Source: Klebsormidium nitens
Lineage: Eukaryota > Plantae > Klebsormidiophyceae
Reading direction: 5' to 3'
Length of the DNA: 64,000 nucleotides
Assembly: GCA_000708835.1 (NCBI GenBank)
Contig: DF236970.1
Location: 248,001 to 312,000, forward strand
Shown: positions 1-12,601 of the stretch, piece by piece
How the letters are laid out: each line of letters starts with the position of its first letter
Position numbering within the stretch: position 1 is the stretch's first letter
The notes under the pieces: model-generated
The model's input: the letters and a program-made list of their open reading frames with translations, nothing else
Told to the model about the DNA's origin: nothing
Database searches by the model: none
Position numbers and translations under genes: made by a program

Positions 1-56
1 GTTTTGCGTTCAAGAAACGTCGCCCAAACTTGATCAATTCGCCTCTCTCTGCGCAG

Positions 57-2907
57 GCTGCATCCGGGAACCACGCCAAAGTGGTGGCGTATCTAGAGGC
101 GGCGAAAGAAAAGATGAGTGCGGAAGGCAAGTCAGCGCCCGAACAGGCCCTGCTGGATTCGGAGGAGCGCATCCAGGAGCGCTTCCGGCGGATGGAATCC
201 TTTGGCAGAGCGGTGAGCGGAACATGAATGTATCTTATGAGATTCAAAAATGTAGTGGCCTTTCAAGTGTGTCTGTTATTGCAAGAAAAAAGGTGATGCT
301 TCGCAAGTCTTGGCTGGACTCCGTAATCCCGTCTTGAGTGCACCAGCGATATCAAGAACAATTTGGAGGTTATTGATTCTTCGTTGGGCGAAAGCCAAGA
401 TTGTTTGACAAAAAGAGCGCATCGCACTCCTGTTCTGATTGATTCGACGGGAGAGGCGTAGTTCGCTCTTTGGGGCCTTACAGACTCATTGTTGGGCTGT
501 CGTAGTCCCTTTGCAAGCGCAGAGTTGTCCAACCGATGGTTGCTTTGGGCCCGTCTATTCTCACAAGTGGGACTAGAAGAGCTTCCTCTTAACGTGCAAA
601 TGGAAACTACCCGGAGCAGGACTCCCACGTTTGCGGCAAGACGAAGAGCTCTCAATAAATGGCGAGCCTTTTTGCGTCTTCGATACCCGTCCGATCCTCC
701 GTCAAACGAAGTGGACCGCCAAAGTCGATCCGATCACGATCTGGCATCTTGTCCGCATGCAGTCGCTCAACGTCGAGTCAGAAAGACTTCGGCCACTGAA
801 AAGGGAACTTCCGCCACTGTGAAGAGAATTGCCAAGTCAGTTGCCCATACGGGTTCTCATCTCAATAGGCTTCGCAACCTGCGACCCCCAAAACATTCTT
901 CAGAACCTACAGCGTGTTCCCCCCGCAGTCATCCCATCACAGGGTTGAAGCAAGATGACTTGAGCACCGTAGATTTTCAAGTATAAATCTTCAAACCCCA
1001 AAAGCTGTCCCCCTTCACATAACGTATCGACTTTTCCCCTGCTCAAAGCGTATAAGCGATCCCCCTGCAGCCGCCCCTGCAAAAGCCGAAGGCGGAGAAG
1101 CTGATCCACCGAGGGAGCCCCCTGGAAGCGATGCTTACCGCCCACACTTCGCATATGGCCCGCCCCGGCGGGGGGGAGCTGGACTCAGAGGCGCCAGTCG
1201 TAAGTTACCCCCTCCTTTGCACCGATTCTGCGCTGTGCTTTTTTCACGTCTGACCGGGTTGATTGGACCCTCTGCTTCGATCTACTCGAATCCTTTCACG
1301 TAAACATCAATTATCAGAGATGTGTGATCAAGGCTAGGTTGCTTACGGTACGAACTAGAGGTGTGGGTTTGCGGAGCACGAGGCTTTTGACTCGATGTTT
1401 CTCGCCCCATCCCGCCGCATGTTGGAACTAACGGATGTCGTCAGTGTTGCTGCTCGCCTGACACGGAGGTCTTTGCAACACTCTCCTCATGAATCTGCGC
1501 TTCTGTGAATCATCCATCACTAAGGATTGGTCGGCTCAGGAAACGTAACTGACTGCATTTTGAGAGGCGGCGATGTAAACACAGTATCTGACGCGCAAAA
1601 GAGGGGCCGAGCACGCGTGAAGCGGGCGACACAGCCATGGGATCAGCGTTCCGGCTTCCGCTGATGCTCCGTCCGTTGTTCCGTCCAGGTCGCGATGGCG
1701 GCCGCGGCGCGGGGCGTGGGCAGGAGTCTGACGCAGCGCGCGTGGCAGGAGGCGGGGTCGTACGGGGGACCGGCGCCGGCCGGCATGTCGGGGCGGCACT
1801 CGCCGTCACTGGTAAGAAAACAGTTCAAGACATTGAATCTAATCAAGCGATTCATTTCAAGCAATGGGTGTCAAGGGAAGATCGTGGGGCTTTCTGCCTC
1901 CTACTCAAAAGCCATTAACTCCGACATGCGACAACCTGAAGAGTCGCTGTCTGACCCTTCGCCCTAGCCTTCGACCCTTCCGACTGGAGCGCCGGACCTT
2001 TCATCGATTGGCTTAGATCGATTATGCAAAATTTTGTTTCATTGAAGGCCACTGACCGCTAAGATCGCCTACAACGCCGCAGATCTCTGAAACGCCGAGC
2101 TCTGGATTCTCGCATAAACTATTAATTGGAAATTTGCGCAGGTGCACGAGTCCGCTGTCCGGCGCATCACCGTCCGGAAGGGCCGTCCGGGCGATCTGAG
2201 ACCGCCGAGCCGCCTCATGCGGATGCCGCACAGCCTGGAGGAGCTGCTCGCGGACGCAGGTGAGGGCCGTATTCACACCGCATAGTGGCACGCGTCCCGT
2301 ATGCACTCTATCCTTATTCACACCACCCCGGATGACGCTGCCCAGCAGGCCACGAGTTGAATCGACGCGAGTATTTGATGCGCGTAAAAAGCTCATCTTG
2401 TTTTGGCGATCACTTCATCATCCTGAATTCCGAATGGAATTCGTTTAATTACTTTCCCACCATCATTCCACATCATCTAAAATGTTGATAGTAACAGCGT
2501 TTCGTGGTTCACGCTGCTGATTTTGCTGGGAAGCAAAGGCTGGATCGTTGGGTTAAGGAGCTGCAAATGATTCCGTCCATCACAGAGTGTACACTACTTC
2601 TTTGCTCGCTGAGCTATACCGAAGAACCATTCCCGGTTCGCGGCAGGTCGCGAGTTCGACTTCGAGCCGACGCTGGTGTTCCACGGAAAGCTTACATGAT
2701 CATATCGCCGTTCGACGATCGACGTTAAAGGCAATTATTCGGACCCGTCCAACTGTGTTGCACTCTTCCTGGCAGGCCGCGACTTCGACTTCGAGCCGAC
2801 GCTGGTGTTCCACGAGAATGGCGGCCTCATCTCGGACGCCCAACTGATCGCGGACAATGACGTGGTGTATGTTGCGGACAAGGATGATATGGCGACGGAC
2901 GGTCAGG
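57..2907 (+). CDS. 3' part of a plant Shaker-type K+ channel (ankyrin repeat end + C-terminal KHA domain); 5' part lies upstream of the window, final exon unresolved
   Basis: Phase-compatible exons 57-212 (AASGNHAKVVAYL, ankyrin-like), 1071-1199, 1689-1811, 2142-2259 (RRITVRKGRPG...RLMRMPHSLEELLADA) and 2776-2907 (FHENGGLISDAQLIADNDVVYVAD). The last two match the KHA pattern recalled from AKT/SKOR channels. All have AG/GT borders. Confidence 0.65.
2642..2814 (+). repeat. ~44-bp direct duplication of a 3' splice site plus exon start (2642-2685 vs 2771-2814)
   Basis: ggcaggtcgcgagttcgacttcgagccgacgctggtgttccacg vs ggcaggccgcgacttcgacttcgagccgacgctggtgttccacg (2 mismatches). Confidence 0.85.
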
Positions 2908-4631
2908 GTAAGCGAAATAGGCTGCCGTTTTGGCCTCACGAAAGGCTCAAGAAAAATCCTCGTCCTAAAGAGTGGTCTCTTGTGTCCGCAGCTCTTGATA
3001 GAAATTGTTTTGCGAAAAGAGCGCACCTTGTTTCTTGACTCGGCGGATCAGACAACCGCACGGCAGTCCTCCTCGCAACATGGAAGTTAATGCTTTTGAC
3101 GGTGTGCAAGGGAAGCCTATCAAATTTTCTAGTTCAGGAATGGTGGCGGTCAAGGTTTGAAGCCAAAGAAATAAAGCTTTGACACGCCCTGAAAAAGATC
3201 GAAGAGTCGACGAGCCAAAACAGGTGCCCAGCTTTACCACGTACGCGTCGGGCTCCTTTTCGTAAGCGCTTTCGGTCAATCAAAGCAAACGTACGAAAGT
3301 CAATCGTCATCATTTGCAACCAACTTTTGAGCGATTCTGTGCGGCTTTTCATCTGCCTCAGACAAGTCGTCTTTGCCACCGCACGCGTACGAGTAGTCCG
3401 CAACGACAATCCATCTTGGGGTGTACCTTTTGAAGCAGGCAATCGCAACGCCCAGCCGCTAATGGTGCACTGTTTGCCCGTGTTGCAGAAGATCCCAGGG
3501 TGCTTCTCAACAAGCTGTTGGCGCTTCTGGGTTGAAGGGGCGGGATACTATGTCTACACCATTGGTCAAAGGACAGAGCGGCACAGCGGCCCCTTTTTCC
3601 AGCCTGCTAAAGCAGGGTAAATCGTGTCCGCCTGAATATGCTAAACGTAATATCATCATCGAGTTGTCAGATAGGTTTAGTAATATGTTGTCGACAGGAT
3701 ATTGCAGTAAGACAGGTACGCGGTTGGATGATAATGATTGTATATTGGTACATAACTAGCTAGAGGACTCGGAATAATCCAACGTTGTTCTTTGAGTTGG
3801 GGTTCCGAGCTTGATATTTGCTCCTTGACACTTGAACTCTTATCTAATCATTGGTCATTTTCTGCATAACTGAATGCATGGACACATAGTCAGAGACTTC
3901 GCAAATACGTACGCGTATGTCAAATATTCAGGGGCTCTTATACATCACAATCAGTCGAAGGTGGACAGGGCCCCCGATCTTGAACACCGATGCTGTTCTG
4001 TAAGTAAGACCTGATCTATGTATCTCAGGGCAGTCTTCTCAGATCCATCGAGCAATAATTGAGTAGGATTGCAGCTACTTTTCACATCGATCTCAACGTA
4101 GTGACCACGATTTGTTGTCATCCGATACTGCCGACTAGGTGGCAATATTTGACCGGAAGCCTATCTTCCACAAACAAGGGCTCTCATTTCCGGTAGCAGC
4201 ATGACCGGTAAGGCCGCATATATTCAGCCTGCAATCAATCAAGCGAGCTGCTGGCCGATGAACGCAAATTCCCTTGTACATAGTCAATTATCAGGCTGCA
4301 CCGTCATGCGCGTGCATGCATTATGGACAAATACATAATGTCCCTGTATTCTTGCTTTGTCATCATGCCTTGCCAGTTGGACGGGCCCGACAACTGCTTC
4401 TCGATTTGCAAAGACCTAGGTTTGCCATGGTCAGTACGTCCCGTCATCGAGTACGTATGCTCCGGTTTGCATGAGCGCCTTGATTCAACAGCGAAAGTGA
4501 AAAAGATATGTGATTACATGTCACTCATACGGCATATCATATCATTTGTGATCCCTGAGTCCCCCCAAGCTGGCGGAGTCGTCCCGACGAAGCGGACGTC
4601 TATATCAGCAGAGATAGCCGTTCCAAATCGC

Positions 4632-6975
4632 CTACGTATTTGACGCAGCGAGAGGACAGTTCGGGCAAAACCAGTCTCCCTTAGGCCGCGTCTTGATGGG
4701 CGGCATAAAGAACTTCATGTGCCAACCGGACTCGCAGCTGTCGCAGAGCAGCATGGGACCACTGACCAGTCTCAGCGGGTGACATCGACGAGTCCGCAGA
4801 TCTCGCATGCCCGGTCCTTCTCCGGGTCGTCTGCCAGAGCGGGGCTCTGGTAGAGGTCGATGTTGGGATTGTGGCAGGGCGCACAGTTCTCAATATGCTC
4901 TCTGATCGGATGGTCTTCTGATCACGGCCCTCCAAGAGCAAGCGGCCCGTGCCGAGCAGCTGCTTGACTCTCTTTGTTAGGCTCCATCGAGTTGGTGGAC
5001 TTGCGACGCAGATAGACCAGGTCTCCGACTTCGAAGCGCTTGAGCTTTGGCTTGAAGTCGCCAGAGCGAGTGTACGCGTAGCGCAGCGTGTCACGGTGCT
5101 AGGCAATGGCGAGGTCGTTGAATGCCAGGGGCATAGCCTCCTTGAACAGCAGAGCGCAATCTCGCGGAATCTGCGCGCTGAGCAGGGGCAAGTCCAAGTT
5201 GATAGGGTGGCTGCCATAGAGCAAGTAGTAGAGGGAGTATTCCCCCAGCGAGTGGTGTCGGCTGAACCGGTACCCCATCGCAATCCAGGGGAGGAATTCG
5301 TCCCAGTGGTCGTGGTCGTACAGCACGCAGTATTTGCGCAGTGCCTTCTTGAACATCTGGACGATCCTCTCATCCATTGAAGCCGTTGGATTGGGCATGG
5401 TCGAGCTGGACGTGATGCAGTGCTCGATGTACATCTCAAGAAGGAGCGCTGCAAAGGCCCTTGAACTCCGTCTTTGGTCTGTCAAGACTTCTGCTGGCGC
5501 GCCGTAGCGTGCCAAGACCTCGATGAAGGCGGCCTAAGTTCACGTTCGAGCTGCAGCCTTTGCGGGAACTGCGGCAATTTCAATCCACTTCGAGAAGTGC
5601 TCGATCATGACAACCACGTACTGACCTTGCCGGCGGCAAAGGGGAAGGGCATCTTGAAAACATCGATCCCCCAACGGTAAAACATGCCCATGATTGGCCG
5701 AGGTCTTAGCTCAGGGTCCTTCACCTCGGAAGGTGGCCTTGATGCGGTCGCAGACCACACACGTGCTAACCTCCTTCTGGACGTCTCCATACACTGCCCG
5801 ACCCACCAGTATATGGGCTCGAGCAAGGTGTATGTAGATTCTTGACGCCGTAGGGTCCCACATCCAGGTGCACACGGCGAATGAGGTTCACGCGTTGCTC
5901 TGGTTTGGGTACAATCTTGACTTCGCCGGAAGAGAGGCGTTTGCGAAGCACGTCTTCCTGGAAGTGGTAGCCCTGGGCACGGTGCCAGATGCGGTCCTTT
6001 TCAGGAGCCGTGGCATCATCGGGATAAGTGTCGTGCCTCAGGTAAGTCATCGTGCCAGATGTCGCGGTCGAGGTTGAACGGCAGCTCTGGATCGATCGGC
6101 TGGTCACGCGGCGGTGCGGCGGGCAGCGCTGCGGGCGTGGCTCGAACAGCCGAGTCCTCGCCAGCCGTGGGGCTGACCAGTCTTGCCAGACAGGCAGAAA
6201 CGGCACCAGCTTTCGGTTCAAAAACGTGGTCCATTCGAGTGTCTGTTGAATTGCGAGCTGATGGGAGGGTTCCGCGAGAGCCCGTCCGCATCTAGATTCT
6301 TGAGACTGCTTCGGTGAACGATCTCAAAGTCGTACTCTTGGAGTCCCTGATGTTAGCCCAGCGGGCGTGCATCCCAGTGAGTTGCATGTTGGTCATGAGC
6401 CACTTCAGCCTCTCGTGATCCGTAATCTGAGGGTGAAGTGTCTAAGTGTCTTCCATAGAGGTACACGCGGAAGATCCGGCCACCCCCCAAACAGCCGCAA
6501 GACACTCTCTCTGGTAGCTCGAGTAGTTGCGCTCAGTCCGGTTGTTACTCCGGGAGGCGTATGCAACTACGAACTCCAAGTTGTTCTCCTCGTCCTTCTA
6601 AGCGAGAAGGGCGCCTAGGCCTTCGGCATTCCAGTCGGTATGGAGCTCGAACGGCATGACGAAGTTGGGTCTCCTCAGGATAGGAGATTCGGTCAGCTTG
6701 ACCTTGAGCTGCTCAAATGCATCATCTGAGCTTCGGCCGTCCATCCCCATGGCACGTCCTTCCGCAGCAGCATGTTCAGAGGAGCGGCGATGCTGGAGTA
6801 GTTCCGAACATAGCGCCGATAGTAGCCAGCTGTGCCGAGGAGGGCACGTGCCAGCGAGGGCACGTCTTGAGGCGCGGCCATTTTGAGGATGGCTTCGACT
6901 TTCGCCTGCTGCGTGGCGGTGCCCAACCCTTGCACTTCTCAGCACAACCTTGCCGTGTGAGTTCCAACCTTGGAA
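4632..6975 (-). mobile_element. Degenerate Ty3/gypsy LTR-retrotransposon pol remnant: RT C-terminus, RNase H, integrase, C-terminal PHD finger
   Basis: RT end LLGTAGYYRRYVRNYSSIAAPLNMLLRK (6693-6935). RNase H FELHTDWNAEGLGALL, VVAYASR...ERNYS, TDHERLKWL, DADGLSRNP (6260-6660). Integrase RVHLDVGPYG, YLVVMIEHFSKWIE, YGAPAEVLTD, HWDEFLPWIAMGYRFS (5000-5900). Domain order RT-RH-INT is gypsy-type. Several stops and frameshifts; no LTR pair identified. Confidence 0.92.
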
Positions 6976-8135
6976 GTACCATGGATTACTACGTTCTCTG
7001 CATGACTACGACTATGCGAGCATGTTAGGATTGATTGCTAGGATTAGCCGCGGTACTTTTTCATTTCGAGCACGTTAGATTGCGCATGGTCATAGGACCC
7101 GAGACGTTACTGACACGACTTATAGCATCACGACAAATACGGCAAACGTGCAGGTGCCCGGTTGTTTGTACCGAGCGCGGTACTTGCAATGCGCGCAAGT
7201 GCTCATGGTACTAAGCGCATGCCCCGGCCGTTACTGGCGGCTATGGCGTAAATAGATGCGGCAAGCTAATGCGGGGATCCCTCTGGGATTTACAAGCCCC
7301 AAGTGGGGTCTAACTAGCATGGCGGCCAAGTAGCGGCATTTAGCAACTAGCATGGGCATAAAGCCCTATAGCCGAGTCGTCACGGCAACGACGGCACACG
7401 GCATGACAGACAGGTCCACCCGCATGCAGCTTGATTAACTAATTGTCATCCCGGGCGGCCAACTTGCTGCATGGGGTCGGCTCATTGTCATGCATGCTAG
7501 AGAATGAAAGGGATTCAATGTGGAGTCGCCATGCAAGTTGGGCCGCAGTGTCGTGCCGCATGCATGAAACACATGGCGCGATCCTTGTGGGTCGTACAGG
7601 CATGCGTCTATTTTGATGCTACTTTGCCTTGACGACAAGGAAGGGTATTATAGACTGGAAAAAGCAATGGTTTGTACGTTTTGGTGACGGGAATCGCAGG
7701 CGGCAGATTGCGCATGGGGTCCAAATAAGGCGCCCTCACATGTGCACACGAGTCATGATTTGAAAATAGATTAGCCAGCTTATCGTGAGAATTCGACGGT
7801 TTCAGAAGACAGTAGGCCAAACTGGCCATTCCAACGGATTGTATCCGAATTGCATATTACCTAGTAAAAGCAGCCTTTTTAGTAGTCGGAAGCATTGGAA
7901 ATTCTTTACATGCATCCTCAGTGTGCCTAGTGCACATGCGACTGTAACCGCGGCGAGTTACTGAACATTGTCAACAGTCACGGGCTAGATCAGGCTTCAT
8001 CACATATACTTGAAGCGCAAGGCGGACCAGATTTCTTCAGAGCATGTAGCTACGGGCCGATGGCTGAATCACCATGTGTCAAAAATGTTCTGCCAAATTG
8101 TGTTCGCAAACAGAGCCTTGTCCCTCTAGTTGCAA

Positions 8136-10309
8136 TTATGGGTTGCTTTGAAGGCCCGCACTTCGGAGGATCTCCTCGATGAGCTGGATGAGGCTTGGCC
8201 GAGTGGCTGATTGTAGGGCTGCCACAAGCTTGTGAGGCGGGGTGTGAGAATTCTCGATCAGACGGTCCTTCCAATTCGTTTTATCGAGTTCCACCCCCAC
8301 CACGACTGCCAGCATGTAAAAATCGTACTCCTCCTTGGCGGGTTCACCCACCCACTTTCCGCCAGTAAACCAGGTTGTTGTCGTCAGGACCGGCGTGTTG
8401 GTTGGGACAGTGGACCCAAGGTCTCCAAGGTACCACCGCCCGTCCGATTCCAGGAAGATGTTGTCACTCTGCAACAAACGAGGTTTTCTCGGTCAGTACT
8501 TCCCATCATACAAATTGGAGAAACTGTGTCACCAGATAATTTTAGCAACCAGGCTTGGGCATCGCAAGAAGGGACCCCAAACAGCGGCAACAACGGCAAT
8601 AAAGCTGCATGACTGTGCTCTTCCTGCCATTACCCTCAACTACCGGGTATGAATAGGTGTAAGGTCCCCCAAAATCCTGCTCTTGTCAGAATTCTGCTGC
8701 TCAATCTCAAATTGTGGAAGAACCCAGATAGCAACTCGCTCAGTGCCAATCATCAGTCATATAGCCATACGCAGTAAAACTTTGGAGCGCCAGGCTTCAA
8801 AGTTGTGCGCAAAAAGGTTCAGATCATGCAATAGGCTGCACCCAAGGAAGCTTTGTAAGCTTACCTTGATGTCCATGTGCACAAAGTTCCTTGCGTGCAT
8901 GTAGCGCACCGCATGAAGAATCCTTCGTGCACCCCGCTCAATGACCTCCTCCGTTAGTTGTAGACAAGAAGCTACAGTCCCGACATACTGTATTGAAAGA
9001 AGGGCTGCATAGCGGCCAGGCGCGTGGCGAGTTGACCCATGCTCTTGAGTCACCCGAAGCTCTAACACCTCCGCTTCAATCAGGGGGGCCCCCTCCTTTT
9101 TCGCGCCGGGAAGCAGTTGATGGCAGGCGCGCCCCTCAGACCCGCCCGGAAAGTTGGAACTGTTGAGTGGAACTGCGTCCGGCAACATCTTCACAACGCA
9201 TAGGCGACCGCGCACATCTGTTGCTTTCAGAAGGGACAAAGGTCCGTCCTCTAACCTGCAATACATGCCAATTGTCAACCGCAGTGCCTGAAATCGTAGT
9301 CGCTAGGCTCCACAGACTCGAGCACTTCCCAATAACAATCACATGTAACTTTTATCCTACCCTCAACGATATCATCTAAAGCTGCACACGTGTTCTCTTG
9401 TCGATTCGAGTCTAAACAACATGTTACAATTGGATTGAAGACAAAGGGATAAGGCAAAGAGATCAGATGTGCGAGAGACACACTCAGGCTTTGATGACGA
9501 AGCAGCCAAACAAACAGAGCGAGGACAACCCAGAATTAAAATGGGGTCAGAAGAGACAACCAAGACGGCAACTGCTAGTAGACGGCATCCAGCTCCAAAA
9601 CCTTTGTCTCCAGAGGTGCGGTATAGAGGAAACCTCTAACTCCAAAGCTGCTCAGCATGATAGCAAACAGCCGAATAGGGTCAGATCTGCACGTTGTTCA
9701 CACTAAATTGCAATTGCAATATGCATAAGGCTGTCAGCAGCATTCTGCTAGGCTTTCAAATACAAGAGTTCTGCTGTGCCAAGTAACACCTTACCTGGTG
9801 AACAATGGGCCATTCACTCTGAGCTGGTGCTGCGTCAGCAAATGATTCTTGGTCGAGACGCCCGGCATCAATCTTGCTTGCTCGTAGATGTCGAGCGCAC
9901 GTGCTGGCGTGTTTGCTAGCATCATCTGTTGTGGCAACCTTGAGACAATTGTGTCCAGCACTTCGGTGTGTGGTCGTGAAACGTATGTCTTCTCAAGCAG
10001 CCTCTTGAATCGGATCTCATAATCGAGAAGAGGAGGATAGTCAGCCGGCGGGGGCCCTTCGACCTTCTTTGTGACCGTGACTAAGACCATACTTCCATCA
10101 GCAAACTGATCAACTGTCATTCCAGTCAAAAGGCCTTGTTTGATCAAGGCTGGCTCGAAGTCTTCAATCAAAACTTTGCTAGCTTCGAATGCTTTCAGCA
10201 CTGCGTCCCATTCCAAGCGCCCCACGGCAGGGCCCACCTCGCCATAAACAGGTAACCTGTGCTGCTCCCCTGAGGATACATCCCGTAGGGTCACTGCAGG
10301 ATGCGGCAT
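8136..10309 (-). CDS. Atypical non-RD Ser/Thr protein kinase with uncharacterised N-terminal domain (~412 aa, 3 exons)
   Basis: Exons 10309-9795, 9255-8865 and 8468-8136 join in frame (1239 nt). Motifs CVVKML, HMDIK|SDNIFL, YLGDLGS, EEYDFYMLAV. Confidence 0.85.
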
Positions 10310-12601
10310 GCTTGCTGGCGCTTCCCCCGAATCCGTCTCCTGGAATTTGCAAACTGTGTGCAGGACTCAGGAGACTTGCCCTCTTCTGACGTGAGTGTTC
10401 AGCACAGTGCTGAGCACTGCAGACTTGTTCTACATCTACTGCACGCGCGACGACGCTGGGTATCGTCGGAATCTGGCGCGCGCCGCGCCCGAGAGTGCCG
10501 GCCTGTTGGTTGAGTTGGTGCTATTCTGCTAGCTATATATGACTCGTCTCTTTTCAAATACCGTGCCATTGGCATAGGCTTCTCATGGCATACACATGTT
10601 GTGCCAGGTGTTCCATGATACCGTATGTACTAGTTATACTCGCGAGTCTACGGTATCCTTTGGTTCGTGGTGGGCTCACGCCGACGGAAGCGAAACGGTT
10701 CACTGTAGTCACTTCTCGCTTCAATGCAGACGCTCGAAAGCAACTTTGAAACAATCTTTCAACTGATCATGACACAAAAGTCGTTCATGCTTTCATGCTG
10801 CTTCTCCTCGTCTTCAATTTATAAACTTAACTCATTCTAAAATCCGAATTCTTGTGCAATAGGGGAGTATATTATGATTAGGTGAACAGGTGACATCATC
10901 CTTTGCATCCTTCACCGCGTGCCTTGCGGTCCACTAAGGCACGACGGGGGCACGACACCCGAGGACGGCTTGACCCAAAGTTACGTGGCCCTTATTAGAG
11001 GTTTTCAAGGTTTCCCGCAACGTCCTGTCTCGCATTGGGGGCCGGGACTACTCGGATGGAACCCGCTACCGAGAAGTCCACTATATGAAGGCTGTGCCGG
11101 TTCGACGTGGAGTACAACCGGACCGGCTGCGGAGTCGGTCACGGTTGACCAAATGAAGAGATTGAACCGATTGGGCCGGGCCGGACCGAGCAACGTTCAA
11201 AGAGTAAAAGAGTTCAACTGCAGTAGTCTCACAAAGTGAAGATAGGTGTTAGTCCCGCTTCTAGCGCGGCGCTTCAGCTTTGCAACACTTGCAGATTGGA
11301 CATCATCCACCCGATCATTTGTCCATTTGTTGGGACGCCTTATTACCCAAATCGTGCCGAGAGTACTAGAGAGGCAGGGGAATTGAATGTGGCTCAGAGA
11401 TAGTAGAACCCCGGTTGGAACTTTGTATAACCCAGTCTCGCTTGAAAAACAATGTTGGCCTCAGAACAACACTTAGTAGGTTGCAAGCGGCTTAGAGGAT
11501 TAGAGCCTGACGTGTTGAGCTCCCGTTGACTCAGTCGAGTTGGTCCATTCGTCGGCAGCTACTAGCTTCATGCACTGTTCACACTATGAGCCTAAGTTTC
11601 CAGTGAGCTGCCGCCCAGAGAGTACAGTGACTACGTGGTGACTACACACGTAATATCTTTGACCCGGCGCCTGATTGAGACGGTCCGACTTCGCAAACAT
11701 GTGCATCCGGGGCGAGCTGCCGACCTGGTCAATTTTCAACCAGTCTATCATTTCCGAAGCATCTATCATCGCATGAGTTTCGGACACATGTGCATATGAT
11801 GATTGTTGAGTCATGGCCAAGCATCCAGTTGTGCGCGCCCACCTGCGAGCTAGCTTATGCACAGGCTGATCAGGTCGATTGATCATTAAGCCTGCCCATG
11901 CAAGACGTACGGGCGGCAGGCCAACCGTGTACGTTACATGGGCGACTCCCATTTGGGAGTGTACATCTCATGTGCAGTACGCCGTTACTTGCGATTTATC
12001 CATCACGGCCCATCCCGGCGCCACACACATATCAGTCTCGTAAGTCCGTTCAGTTCCTGGTTGTCTTATTTCACACGTTGCTAACCGTCCAATCTCGGTC
12101 ATCTTCCAACAATGGTCCAATGCAGCTACAAATCCGAGCGTTTCCGTACTGAGCGTGTCGCCGGCCGCCGGCCTTGGCTGGCCTTCAGAATTATTATAAG
12201 GTTTATTTAGCAAGTCTGCCACGCACATTCCAGCCAGTTTTAAGACATATCAAGTTCTGACTGATATTCTAGACGTACATTCGAGTAGCACAACCCTATA
12301 GAGTTGGTGACAGAATATGCTGCGCCGACATGATCCATACAAATAATCAAACTTCACGTACGAGCAACGGCTGCATGGGCTTCTAAGTTGCATCCGCATG
12401 TGCATGTTCAGTCAAAGACGTACGTCCACGAGCAGACTGCGGCGCGCCATGCAATTCCGCGGATGTGAAGACTGTGATTGCGGCGGAATGAAGATAGTGG
12501 CAGGACACTAGTGCTCTAGTAACACGTGGCACATCAGGCTGATCGGGGCCTATGCTGGCGAGAGGCACCTTGATTGACGCTCCGCATATTTCCTTTTTAA
12601 A

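Noticed and set aside
263-986. ORFs 263-655, 489-986 and 631-822
   Set aside because: They lie within the phase-0 intron 213-1070 of the Shaker gene and show no domain signal.
3100-4630. Candidate 3' LTR of the gypsy remnant, and ORF 4323-4643
   Set aside because: No second LTR copy, TG...CA ends or PPT could be established; the ORF has no recognisable motif.
11330-11600. Possible rRNA fragment (cagctactag resembles an LSU rRNA motif)
   Set aside because: The match does not extend beyond ~10 nt.
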